Source of the DNA: Parcubacteria group bacterium Gr01-1014_13
GTDB taxonomy: Bacteria; Patescibacteriota; Patescibacteriia; Magasanikbacterales; GWA2-37-8
NCBI GenBank assembly: GCA_007376295.1
Contig: VMGB01000001.1
Span: 413,969 to 477,968, forward strand
Direction: 5' to 3'
Length of the DNA: 64,000 nt
Within the stretch, counting starts at the first letter, position 1; each line of letters starts with the position of its first letter. Under the pieces are notes generated by a model, which did no database searches, was not told the origin of the DNA, and saw only the letters and a program-made list of their open reading frames with translations. This document shows positions 9,440 through 17,967 of the stretch, one piece after another. Position numbers and translations under genes: made by a program.

Positions 9440-10315
9440 TTATTTGCTCAATATTTTTTTACGAGCATATTCTTCCGCAACCCGAATAGCGGCGCAAGTA
9501 ATAATATCCAAATTGCCAGCATAGGCAGGCAAAAAATCGCCGCGGCCGACAACTTCAATAGTAACAGTAACTTTGCCTTTTTCAGCTGTCGGACCCATAG
9601 CCAAACGATAACCGGGCACATACTGCTGTATAGAAGCAGCCACTTCATTAATTTTCTTAGTTAAAGCTTCAATATTTGGCTCTGGAATTAAAGCATAAAG
9701 AGTATTATGCATTAAAATAGGCGGTTCAGCCGGATTTAAAATTAAAATCGCTTTGGCTTCCGGTACGCCGGAAAAACTTTTTAAGGCATTAGTAGTAGTA
9801 TTAATATATTCTTCAATATTCGCTCTAGTGCCTGACCCAGCTGATTTGGAAGCAACACTACCGACAACTTCGATATATTTTGTTTCCGGATGAACTTCCA
9901 TTATCGCTTTGGCAATTGGAATAAGTGTCTGACCGCCACAGGTAACTAGATTGACGTTTGGCACTTCCAAAGCTTCGGCTAAATTTATAGCCGGTACGCA
10001 CATCATACCGATTCTCGACGGAGTAAGGTCAATAGTAAATTTGCCTAAATTTTTTAAAATAGGCGCATGTTCAGTATGATAAACAGCGCTGGTCGTATCA
10101 AAAACAATTTCACAGTAATCCGGATTATTGATAATAGCCCCCAGAGAATCAAATGAAGTAGGTACGCCCATCGCCTTTGCCCGGGCAATACCTTCGGAGT
10201 CTTTATTTCGGCCGGTAAAAATTCCACATTCCAATACTTCGCTGCGGCCTACTTTATGCAACAAATCACTGCCAATATTTCCGGTACCGATTATGCCTAC
10301 CTTAATTTTTTTCAT
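9440..10315 (-). CDS. acetaldehyde dehydrogenase (acetylating), DmpF/MhpF family
   Basis: 291 aa; KVGIIGTGNIGSDL, VTCGGQTLIP (catalytic Cys), SKSAGSGTRANIEE, NPAEPPILM, YVPGYRL and LPAYAGNLDI motifs align closely with DmpF. Confidence 0.8.
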   Translation of the reverse strand: MKKIKVGIIGTGNIGSDLLHKVGRSEVLECGIFTGRNKDSEGIARAKAMGVPTSFDSLGAIINNPDYCEIVFDTTSAVYHTEHAPILKNLGKFTIDLTPSRIGMMCVPAINLAEALEVPNVNLVTCGGQTLIPIAKAIMEVHPETKYIEVVGSVASKSAGSGTRANIEEYINTTTNALKSFSGVPEAKAILILNPAEPPILMHNTLYALIPEPNIEALTKKINEVAASIQQYVPGYRLAMGPTAEKGKVTVTIEVVGRGDFLPAYAGNLDIITCAAIRVAEEYARKKILSK

Positions 10316-10320
10316 ACTCG

Positions 10321-11286
10321 TTACTTACTTTGCAGCTGGTCTTTGTACCATGAGTAGGTTTCTAAAATTCCTTGATTAAAATCGTATTTAGATTTCCATC
10401 CCAAAATCTTTTCTGCTTTCTCAAAATTTAAACTCTGCTCCGGAATCTCATTTTTCTGATTATTCACTATTTTATACTCAATCTTCGCCCCAATAACCTG
10501 AGAAACTTTGGCAATCAAATCTAAAACAGAAAAATTAAAACCGGAACTAAAATTAAATGCCTCGCCTTTTGCTTTTTCCATCTGTTCAGCCAGAGAAATA
10601 TACCCGTCTACAACATCTTTTACATAAACATAATCACGTTTAAAATTACCATCGCTGCGCAGTTCTAACACTTCATTTTTGATGGCCGCCTTCATCATTC
10701 CTGGAACAATACGGTTGAAATTTAAATCGCCCGGACCAAAAATATTGCCGAAACGAGAAACTGTCACCGGCAGATTATATGTCTTGGCATAAGTGAGTGC
10801 TAAAAGGTCGGTGCAAGATTTGGAAACATCATATGGATGATCACCGCGCAGAGGCTGATCTTCAAGAGCAGTTAGGCAATCTTTACCATAGGCTTTGTCG
10901 CTTGAGGCGACTACAACACCATGGATATATGGTGACATCCTGGCTGCTTCCAAAATATGGACAGTACCCATAATGTTGGTGGCAAGCGTTTCATATGGAT
11001 TTATGAAAGCGGTGGCCACGATTGGCTGGGCCGCAATATGAAAAATATAATTTACTTCGTATTTGGTAATAACATCGGCGATGCGTTCGCGATCTTTTAG
11101 GTCTCCATTTACCACAACTACCTTTTCATCAAAATTATTTTTAAAAAAATACGCTTCCGGATCACGGCTGCGCGAGAGCGCGATAATGCGGCCGGTATCC
11201 ATGGACAAAAGACGTTCAATCAAATGCGAACCTACTAATCCAGTGGCTCCGGTTACCAAAATTGTTTTGCCGCGCAAATTGCTCAT
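10321..11286 (-). CDS. rfbG: CDP-glucose 4,6-dehydratase
   Basis: 321 aa extended SDR; GATGLVGSHL Rossmann motif and YDVSKS active site; adjacent to rfbF. Confidence 0.75.
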   Translation of the reverse strand: MSNLRGKTILVTGATGLVGSHLIERLLSMDTGRIIALSRSRDPEAYFFKNNFDEKVVVVNGDLKDRERIADVITKYEVNYIFHIAAQPIVATAFINPYETLATNIMGTVHILEAARMSPYIHGVVVASSDKAYGKDCLTALEDQPLRGDHPYDVSKSCTDLLALTYAKTYNLPVTVSRFGNIFGPGDLNFNRIVPGMMKAAIKNEVLELRSDGNFKRDYVYVKDVVDGYISLAEQMEKAKGEAFNFSSGFNFSVLDLIAKVSQVIGAKIEYKIVNNQKNEIPEQSLNFEKAEKILGWKSKYDFNQGILETYSWYKDQLQSK

Positions 11287-11300
11287 ACTCTGCCTCTAAA

Positions 11301-12101
11301 TTAATTCTGCCAAATCTTCCAAAAAGGATCTTTGTGCCAATTCTCATTTAGTTCCTCTACTTCTTTGTATGTATCCATACACTTCCATTTTCCTTGGTGA
11401 GTATAGACCGATAACTCCCCTTTTTCTGCCAGCATTGGAAAAAGTGATTCAATCATGGTGCCTTCAGCAATCAAATCTAGCGCTTCCGGCTTAAAAACCA
11501 TGAAGCCGCCATTTATAAAATCATTACCTCTTTCTTCTTCAGCACCACGGGTAACTTTGTGCTGAAAAAAATCAACTGCCTTTTTTGTATCGGGATGAAT
11601 ATTTAAAAATCCAAAACGACTAGCCGGACGCACGGCGGTAATGGTCGCCAGAGTATTTTGTTTTTTATGAAAGTCCACTAATTCTTGGAGGTTTATATCA
11701 GCCACACCATCCCCATAAGTTATCATGACATCTTCACCCGGATTTAGGTGCTTTCGCAATTGACGAATACGTTCGCCGGTCAAACTGTTTAATCCGGTTT
11801 CGGCAAAAGTTATTTTGAAGTCATCACAATCATTGTTGTGAAAGATTAGGTCGTTATTTTTGGTATGCAAAGTAAAATCATTGAGCAAACTGCGCCAATT
11901 CAAAAAGTACTCCTTTATCATGCTGCCTTTGTAACCAAGAGCCAGAACAAAATCATTAAATCCATGATGGGCATATATTTTCATGATGTGCCACAAAATC
12001 GGCTTGCCTCCAACTTCCACAAGCGGCTTTGGTTTAAATTCTGTTTCTTCTTTCATGCGGGTGCCGGTGCCGCCGCACAGAATGATTGTTTTCATAAGCA
12101 T
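11301..12101 (-). CDS. rfbF: glucose-1-phosphate cytidylyltransferase
   Basis: 266 aa; N-terminal ILCGGTGTRMKEETEFKPKPLVEVGGKPILWHIM matches the RfbF/DdhA nucleotidyltransferase signature. Confidence 0.8.
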   Translation of the reverse strand: MLMKTIILCGGTGTRMKEETEFKPKPLVEVGGKPILWHIMKIYAHHGFNDFVLALGYKGSMIKEYFLNWRSLLNDFTLHTKNNDLIFHNNDCDDFKITFAETGLNSLTGERIRQLRKHLNPGEDVMITYGDGVADINLQELVDFHKKQNTLATITAVRPASRFGFLNIHPDTKKAVDFFQHKVTRGAEEERGNDFINGGFMVFKPEALDLIAEGTMIESLFPMLAEKGELSVYTHQGKWKCMDTYKEVEELNENWHKDPFWKIWQN

Positions 12102-12124
12102 TTTATTGTCATCTCAAACCAATT

Positions 12125-14197
12125 CTACTTTATTGTCTGCTTGCCTCCCGAAACTTCTGGTGCCAGAATTTGCTGTATTACACTCTGTTCTTCCGGCTTA
12201 AAAACCACTCCATTTTTTTCAGCTAAATTTAGGACTTCTATCGCCTGAGGCATTTTTCCAAGCAGTCTGTATAAATAAGCTAGACGCCAATAACCCTCGC
12301 TTACTTTCGGATCATCATCAATAGTTTGTTTCAATAATTTTACAGCATCATCAGTTTTCCCAATCTGCAAGTAAAAATTAGCCAAATTGTAAATTATTTG
12401 TTGACGCTTAGGAGAATAACTCAACGCTATTTCCAAATTGTCTCCATATAATTCAATGTAACTTGGATCATTGGTTATAGAATAACCGGCCTGGCCTAAC
12501 TGGCTTAAGGTCAGGTAATTTCTTATATCATACGGATGCAGAATAACATTTGCCTGCATCGCTTCAATCCCTATTTTTAATATTTCCATGCGTTGATCTT
12601 TGTTAAGTTTATTGTTTTCACTGTTTAAAACTTGACCAACGGTACGCGTTATATCACTGCGGATATCATCGATATGAGGTGAATTAAAGGCTAAAGCGGA
12701 TTTCATGGCCTCTATGCCTTGCGCTGGCTGATTAGTTAAGTACTTTAAAGCATCAAGCGTTTTCATATTCGCTCTGGCCGGTTGGATTTCAAAAATAAAT
12801 ATTGATAACAAGACTAATAAGCTTGTGGTGACCATCGCGCCTGAACCGATAGTTTTGTTCAAAGAAATATTCCCGGCTTTGCCATTATTTTTTGTTCCGT
12901 TAACAACCAACTCTTCCCGTTTTAAAGATAAACTGCCAACCATAGCCAACCAGAACATGAAATATAAGTATGAGGTTGGATTTTCAAACACCGTAACATT
13001 CTGCACAAGATGAGCAACTAAAAATGAAATTCCAATCACGGCTATATGCAAATCTAAAATCTGTTTCCTTCTGGCCCATACCAAAGTAAAGATGGCGGCA
13101 AAAAAGATAAGCAGATAACTGGCTAGACCAAATGCTCCCTGCACGGCCAAAGTATTCATTATAATATTGTGGGCGTTATCAAACCATGTTTCACCGTAAC
13201 CAAACTGTAAAGATCGAGATTGATAATTCTTGTTAAAAGCATAAAAGAAATTATTCGGACCCCAACCAAAAACTGGTTTTTCTTTCCAACTCTCTATAGC
13301 CACTTCCCACGCTATCCAACGAGGACTGTTTTTAATACCTTCTAAGGAAGTATTCAAAGTACGGCCAACAGCCGGGATATTTTGCACAAAACTTGTCTGT
13401 CTAAAAGCATAAAGCACAGAAATGACCGCAACCCCGGCCACAGCTACGCCCACCAGAATCTTTCTTGTTTTAGGAAAATCACGCAAAACGATAATATAGC
13501 CAAGTAAAGCCACACCCATACCGGCAACCAAACCAAGTATTGACCCGCGAGTGCCGCTGAAAAACATGCCTAACAAAGCTAAGAAACCCGCCCCTACTTC
13601 TAACCACTTCCAGGTTTTATTTTGTTCTTTAATAAAAAGTAAAAACGAAACAAAAATTAGAAACAGGCCATAACCACCCACATAAATTGAGTTTCCTAAA
13701 GTGCTCGCGACTCTGCTAATGTCCTGATTCAGCAATAAACCAACTTTGAAATGCTGAATAACGCCAATAAACATCGCGACCGAACCAGCTAACAAAAATA
13801 CTTTTAAAGCCTTATTCCAATCTGTCCAATTTTTAAATACTGAACTGCAGATGAAATAATAAGCAACATAATGAAAGATGGTAAATAGTCCCAACATTCT
13901 TTCGTGATTATCCCAAAAACTATGATAAGGATCTACGCCGACAAAAGTAGAGATAGCAAAACTGACCAAAAAGGTGGCTAATGCCAAATTTAACAGAGAA
14001 AATTTTGGCTTAAACTCCTGCCAATTAATAAGCAGTAACAAGATGTAACAACCGATCATTACTGTCACTAGCGACCGAAACAATAAAATTTTGGGTACGA
14101 TAAAAGGAAAAATAAAGGACATGGGCAGAACTAGCAGCGGCACAAAAAAGGTCGCATACATTAAAAACTTGATGGCTTTAACTAGATTTTGCTTCAT
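12125..14197 (-). CDS. polytopic membrane protein with O-antigen-ligase-like (Wzy_C) core fused to C-terminal TPR repeats
   Basis: 690 aa; ~12 TM helices with a periplasmic loop SGTRGSILGL typical of O-antigen ligase/Wzy_C. The C-terminal ~250 aa is soluble and TPR-like (LAYLYRLLGKMPQAIEVL...). Confidence 0.5.
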   Translation of the reverse strand: MKQNLVKAIKFLMYATFFVPLLVLPMSFIFPFIVPKILLFRSLVTVMIGCYILLLLINWQEFKPKFSLLNLALATFLVSFAISTFVGVDPYHSFWDNHERMLGLFTIFHYVAYYFICSSVFKNWTDWNKALKVFLLAGSVAMFIGVIQHFKVGLLLNQDISRVASTLGNSIYVGGYGLFLIFVSFLLFIKEQNKTWKWLEVGAGFLALLGMFFSGTRGSILGLVAGMGVALLGYIIVLRDFPKTRKILVGVAVAGVAVISVLYAFRQTSFVQNIPAVGRTLNTSLEGIKNSPRWIAWEVAIESWKEKPVFGWGPNNFFYAFNKNYQSRSLQFGYGETWFDNAHNIIMNTLAVQGAFGLASYLLIFFAAIFTLVWARRKQILDLHIAVIGISFLVAHLVQNVTVFENPTSYLYFMFWLAMVGSLSLKREELVVNGTKNNGKAGNISLNKTIGSGAMVTTSLLVLLSIFIFEIQPARANMKTLDALKYLTNQPAQGIEAMKSALAFNSPHIDDIRSDITRTVGQVLNSENNKLNKDQRMEILKIGIEAMQANVILHPYDIRNYLTLSQLGQAGYSITNDPSYIELYGDNLEIALSYSPKRQQIIYNLANFYLQIGKTDDAVKLLKQTIDDDPKVSEGYWRLAYLYRLLGKMPQAIEVLNLAEKNGVVFKPEEQSVIQQILAPEVSGGKQTIK

Positions 14198-14284
14198 AAG
14201 ATATTTAAAAAAGGCTTAAAAGGCTCGAAAGGCCTAAAAAGCTTGATTGATTAAAATTACACTAAATATATTAGCTGTTTTTGC

Positions 14285-15388
14285 CTAAAATGTCAAATAT
14301 CTGGACGCATCCAAATCACCCTTTTTTCTGGCTTTCCAGCAGACAATTATGATCACAATTGCCTCAATGGCAATAAAAACCCCTCCGGCGAAGCTTAAAA
14401 CATATATAAACCGCCTAAACCCGGCTAAAAATAACAAAATCGGCACCGAAATAACCAAAAACTCGGCCAAAATTTTGTTCAGTTTATTGTCCCAAACAAG
14501 ATTTTGTTTCAAAGCAATGCCAGAACCGATAAATCCTGTGGTCATGGCTAAAATAGCAAAAATATTCCCTAAAACCAGAACCCCATCTCCAAATCTAGCA
14601 CCCAAACCAATCGTTGCAATTTCGGAAGTTTGCAAGCCGCTCGACCCGACTACAGCCAAAGCAAAAAGTATGTATACCCCCACCGGGATAAGCGAACCAA
14701 TAATTAAAGCTTTCCTAAAATGGCGCTGACTGCGAGGCAAAAGCGCGTGCGCCTCTACTACAGCCGCTGTACCGTTCAAAGCAAAAAGGATCACGCCATA
14801 TGGCAAAAACATTTTAGTTACATCTGTGTAAATCCAATTTGAAAATTTAAAATCTCTGAAAAGATAAAAAGATAACCCGCAGATTATACTAATAACAATA
14901 AAGCTCAAAACTTTTTCCACGCTTTTTATGGTTTGCAGGCCCCGCCAAACAATAATACTGGCAATGCTCCAAAAAATTACGCTCCAGACGACCGGATTGC
15001 CACCAAACAAAGCCGACAGAGATTGCCCTTCACCGATAATGTAGGCGAGCAATGCGCTATAAGAAGCAAGAATAATAATTACATTAAGAAAATATTTAAC
15101 CCACTTGCCCAAATACTTTCCGGCCAAACCGGGAATTTGCAGAGACTCGTTAGTGCGTACCGCTATCTCGCCCAATACCAAATTTAAAAAAAGCATTATC
15201 AAACCAAGCCCCACAATATAAGCAATGCCTATTTTTAGTCCGACCTGCGCCACTACATAGGGAATACCCAAAACACCGGCGCCGATGGTCATGCCGGTAA
15301 TCATAAAAATCGCATCCGCCATTGAAGCGGCCGGTTTATAAACACCTTGATGCAAAATAATTTTTTTCTCTTCAAGCTGGGTTTGCAT
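14285..15388 (-). CDS. amino-acid permease (aromatic/HAAAP-like transporter family)
   Basis: 367 aa, ~11 TM helices; N-terminal motif FMITGMTIGAGVLGIPY. Confidence 0.5.
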   Translation of the reverse strand: MQTQLEEKKIILHQGVYKPAASMADAIFMITGMTIGAGVLGIPYVVAQVGLKIGIAYIVGLGLIMLFLNLVLGEIAVRTNESLQIPGLAGKYLGKWVKYFLNVIIILASYSALLAYIIGEGQSLSALFGGNPVVWSVIFWSIASIIVWRGLQTIKSVEKVLSFIVISIICGLSFYLFRDFKFSNWIYTDVTKMFLPYGVILFALNGTAAVVEAHALLPRSQRHFRKALIIGSLIPVGVYILFALAVVGSSGLQTSEIATIGLGARFGDGVLVLGNIFAILAMTTGFIGSGIALKQNLVWDNKLNKILAEFLVISVPILLFLAGFRRFIYVLSFAGGVFIAIEAIVIIIVCWKARKKGDLDASRYLTF

Positions 15389-15417
15389 GAAGATATTATA
15401 GCATAAAAAAAATTAGA

Positions 15418-15441
15418 GACGAAGTTGCTACTTCGTCTCAT
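15418..15441 (-). terminator. rho-independent terminator hairpin GAGACGAAG-loop-CTTCGTCTC
   Basis: Perfect 9-bp stem; on the minus strand it is followed by TAATTTTTTTT, 3' of the 15457..16158 gene. Confidence 0.6.
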
Positions 15442-15456
15442 TTTGTCTTCTCCTAA

Positions 15457-16158
15457 TTACTCTTCTTTTTCCTTTATTGCGCCCTCTGCCTGTGCCACCG
15501 CTCTTTCTAGGGGCATTAAGCAAACTTGTACACCATCAACAGTGCTAGTAAACGGGAAATACTGAAAATCATCAACCTTTAACTGTAGCACTTCGGGATC
15601 AAATCCCAGACATACAGCATTGGGATATTTATCATGCCTGATGGGACCAATGTAAGTTACCCATGACCTACCTTCAAATACTTCTGCCAGCTTGTCGGCA
15701 ACTTGGTACACCTTTTCTCCAAGCGCTACAGGCCTTCCTTCCATAATATAAAGACGAACTTGTATACCGTCCACTTCTTTACTATCAGGGAAATATTTAA
15801 ACTGCGCAGCTGTTAGTTTAAACGCGTCGGCAAACACCCGGAGCTGCACAATGCAGCCGTACTTTTGATCTGGCATAACACCCATACCCGCAAACCAATC
15901 CTGCCCTTGAAATATTGGAGCAATATTTTTCGCCACTTCTTTTGCCTTTTCAAAAGAAATCAGAGATGGTGGGGGCAAAACTGCATCCACAGCCGACCTA
16001 TTTTTGAGTTCGTCAGATAAGACGGCCTTTTCTGTTTCCGTTTCTGGTTTAATAAGTCCGCCGCCAGATGGCTTCCATTTCGCCAACTTGGCCATAATGA
16101 TTCCCAGCAGAATAAACACTCCGAGACAAGCAATTACGATCCATCCATTTTTGTCCAT
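15457..16158 (-). CDS. membrane-anchored hypothetical protein with internal duplicated domain
   Basis: 233 aa; N-terminal TM helix. Two ~70-aa repeats share (A/V)xQFKYFP(D/F)...VDG(I/V)QV. Preceded by a TTGACC-N17-CATAAT promoter (~16165-16195, minus strand). Confidence 0.5.
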   Translation of the reverse strand: MDKNGWIVIACLGVFILLGIIMAKLAKWKPSGGGLIKPETETEKAVLSDELKNRSAVDAVLPPPSLISFEKAKEVAKNIAPIFQGQDWFAGMGVMPDQKYGCIVQLRVFADAFKLTAAQFKYFPDSKEVDGIQVRLYIMEGRPVALGEKVYQVADKLAEVFEGRSWVTYIGPIRHDKYPNAVCLGFDPEVLQLKVDDFQYFPFTSTVDGVQVCLMPLERAVAQAEGAIKEKEE

Positions 16159-16228
16159 TTTCTTTTTCTCCTTGTTAAACCAGATTATGGCTTAAATTTT
16201 TTAAAAGGTCAAGTTGGTAAAAAATAAG

Positions 16229-16252
16229 AGACGAAGTTATTACTTCGTCTCT
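16229..16252 (-). terminator. rho-independent terminator hairpin GAGACGAAG-loop-CTTCGTCTC (second copy)
   Basis: Same stem sequence as at 15418; on the minus strand it is followed by TTATTTTTT, 3' of the small gene at 16265..16524. Confidence 0.55.
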
Positions 16253-16264
16253 GAACACGTCCCC

Positions 16265-16524
16265 TTACTGACCGCTTGGCTGCTCTGTTGCCTCTGCCTG
16301 CGGCACAGTTTTTTCTGCCGGAGCTTCAACAGCTACATCTACGTTTGCTTCAACAACGCCAGAAACCAACTTGTTTTTGGCTTCATCAACAGCTTTTATC
16401 GTAGCTTCATTGGCCGTTGGCTGGGACTTGTCAGGTGCATTTTTAAGCATATGGCCAGCCCATAAAGGCATGCCTAATCCAAAGACCCCCATAAGTATAA
16501 GAACAACTACTTCCCAGGTCTCCA
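16265..16524 (-). CDS. small membrane protein, hypothetical
   Basis: Likely start METWEVVVLILMGVFGLG... (preceded by GGGGGAAAC RBS) rather than the track's 16567 start; one TM helix followed by an A/E-rich tail. Confidence 0.4.
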
Positions 16525-16622
16525 TGTGTGTTTCCCCCTTAGCCCGACTATACCTTAAATCGGACAAAAAATCAAGGGTTGGACCAAAACAAAAAAGACC
16601 GTAAAATTACGATCTTTTTTTG

Positions 16623-16696
16623 TAGGCGCTTAGGGATTCGAACCCTAGACCTCCTCGGTGTAAACGAGGCGCTCTAACCAACTGAGCTAAACGCCC
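16623..16696 (-). tRNA. tRNA-Val (anticodon TAC)
   Basis: The reverse complement folds as a cloverleaf: GGGCGTT/TA/GCTC-AGTTGGTTA-GAGC/CCTCG-TTTACAC-CGAGG/AGGTC/TAGGG-TTCGAAT-CCCTA/AGCGCCT-A. Confidence 0.8.
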
Positions 16697-16740
16697 GAAA
16701 AAATATTCTTGCCACACAAATAATAAAAAATTATTTGTTG

Positions 16741-16813
16741 TGGGTCGGCTGGGGATCGAACCCAGGACCACTGCCTTAAAAGGGCATTGCTCTACCAGCT
16801 GAGCTACCGACCC
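16741..16813 (-). tRNA. tRNA-Lys (anticodon TTT)
   Basis: The reverse complement reads GGGTCGG TA GCTC AGCTGGTA GAGC A ATGCC CTTTTAA GGCAG TGGTC CTGGG TTCGATC CCCAG CCGACCC A, a canonical cloverleaf. It has a TTGATT-N17-TAGTAT promoter at ~16830-16861 on the minus strand. Confidence 0.8.
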
Positions 16814-16869
16814 AAATTGTTCAATTTAGTAATTTAAATACTATACTAATTTAATAAAAAAATCAAGGG

Positions 16870-17967
16870 CTACCACCGTTCGACCAACTGCTCTATGATA
16901 TCCACCACCTTTTGAGGTTTGGCTGGCGGCAAAATCGTCTGCAATCTTTCTCCTAAATATTTCAAAGTTTCAGGATAAGCAATTAGATCTATCACTGTTC
17001 GAGCCAACTTTAAACCATCAACCGCTCTCTCATTCATAACTACAGCAGCATGATGGTCTGCTAATAGTTTGGCATTATATTCTTGGTGTGTATGTGAGAT
17101 TGGCAATAGAATTGCCGGCTTTCCTATAGCTGCTAATTCGGTAAGAGTGCCGAATCCGGCTCTAGCTATCACCAAATCAGAAACAGCATAGGCATCCTTC
17201 ATATCTTCTTTTAAAAATTGATAGACATGATAGTTGGGAAATACCTTGGCCGCATTCTCTTGCAATTCGCGCGGCCGTTCTTTACCAACTAAATGAATCA
17301 CATGATATTCACGCGGCCACACCGACAAGGCTTCAATGATTAATTTGTTTATAACAGCCGAACCAGTACCTCCGCCCATTGCCAAGATAACTGGCGCGCC
17401 CTCGGGAATATTAAATTTTTTTCGTGAATCGCTTGCGTTTGCCACCGATAAATTACGCACCGGATTGCCGATCCATTCAGTTTTACTTTCCGGAAAATAT
17501 CTCTCCGTTTCCCGCAAAGCCGTAGTAATTTTTTTGGCCGTATGCGACATTAATTTATTGGCCAATCCGGCCTGAAAATCCTGTTGATGCACCCAAGTCG
17601 GAATTCCGAGCGCAAATGCGGCAAAGTGTAATGGCACGCTCACAAACCCTCCGGCTGAAATGAGCAGACTGGGTTTTTCATGCCATAACAAAAACAAAGA
17701 CTGAAAAAAACCAAAAATTATTTTAAAAAAATCAAAGAAATTACTCAAAGAAATATACCGGCGGAATTTCCCGGAAGTTATATGGAAAAAAGAGATTCCA
17801 TACTGCTCTACCAGCTCTTTCTCTGGGCCATTTTTTGTGCCTATCCAAACAAACTCAACTTGAGAATTATGTTTTTTATAAATTTCGGCTATAGCGAGTA
17901 GCGGCGCCACTGGCCCCAATGTTCCGCCGCCGGAAAATAGTATTTTCATAACTATAATTTTCGCCAA
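16870..17967 (-). CDS. murG: undecaprenyldiphospho-muramoylpentapeptide beta-N-acetylglucosaminyltransferase
   Basis: 365 aa GT28 enzyme; N-terminal FSGGGTLGPVAP loop and the C-terminal GT-B fold; typical MurG length. Confidence 0.75.
   Translation of the reverse strand: MAKIIVMKILFSGGGTLGPVAPLLAIAEIYKKHNSQVEFVWIGTKNGPEKELVEQYGISFFHITSGKFRRYISLSNFFDFFKIIFGFFQSLFLLWHEKPSLLISAGGFVSVPLHFAAFALGIPTWVHQQDFQAGLANKLMSHTAKKITTALRETERYFPESKTEWIGNPVRNLSVANASDSRKKFNIPEGAPVILAMGGGTGSAVINKLIIEALSVWPREYHVIHLVGKERPRELQENAAKVFPNYHVYQFLKEDMKDAYAVSDLVIARAGFGTLTELAAIGKPAILLPISHTHQEYNAKLLADHHAAVVMNERAVDGLKLARTVIDLIAYPETLKYLGERLQTILPPAKPQKVVDIIEQLVERW

Noticed and set aside
14198-14284. Possible hairpin or regulatory element in aaaaggcttaaaaggctcgaaaggcctaaaaagc between the O-antigen-ligase-like gene and the permease
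   Set aside because: The apparent repeats (ggctt/ggctc/ggcct) are not complementary, so no stable stem forms. It is probably a simple A-rich spacer with a weak promoter.
16525-16567. Longer N-terminus (MSDLRYSRAKGETH...) for the small membrane protein at 16265
   Set aside because: A strong RBS (GGGGGAAAC) directly precedes the internal Met (METWEV...), and the extension is not hydrophobic, so the shorter ORF is preferred.
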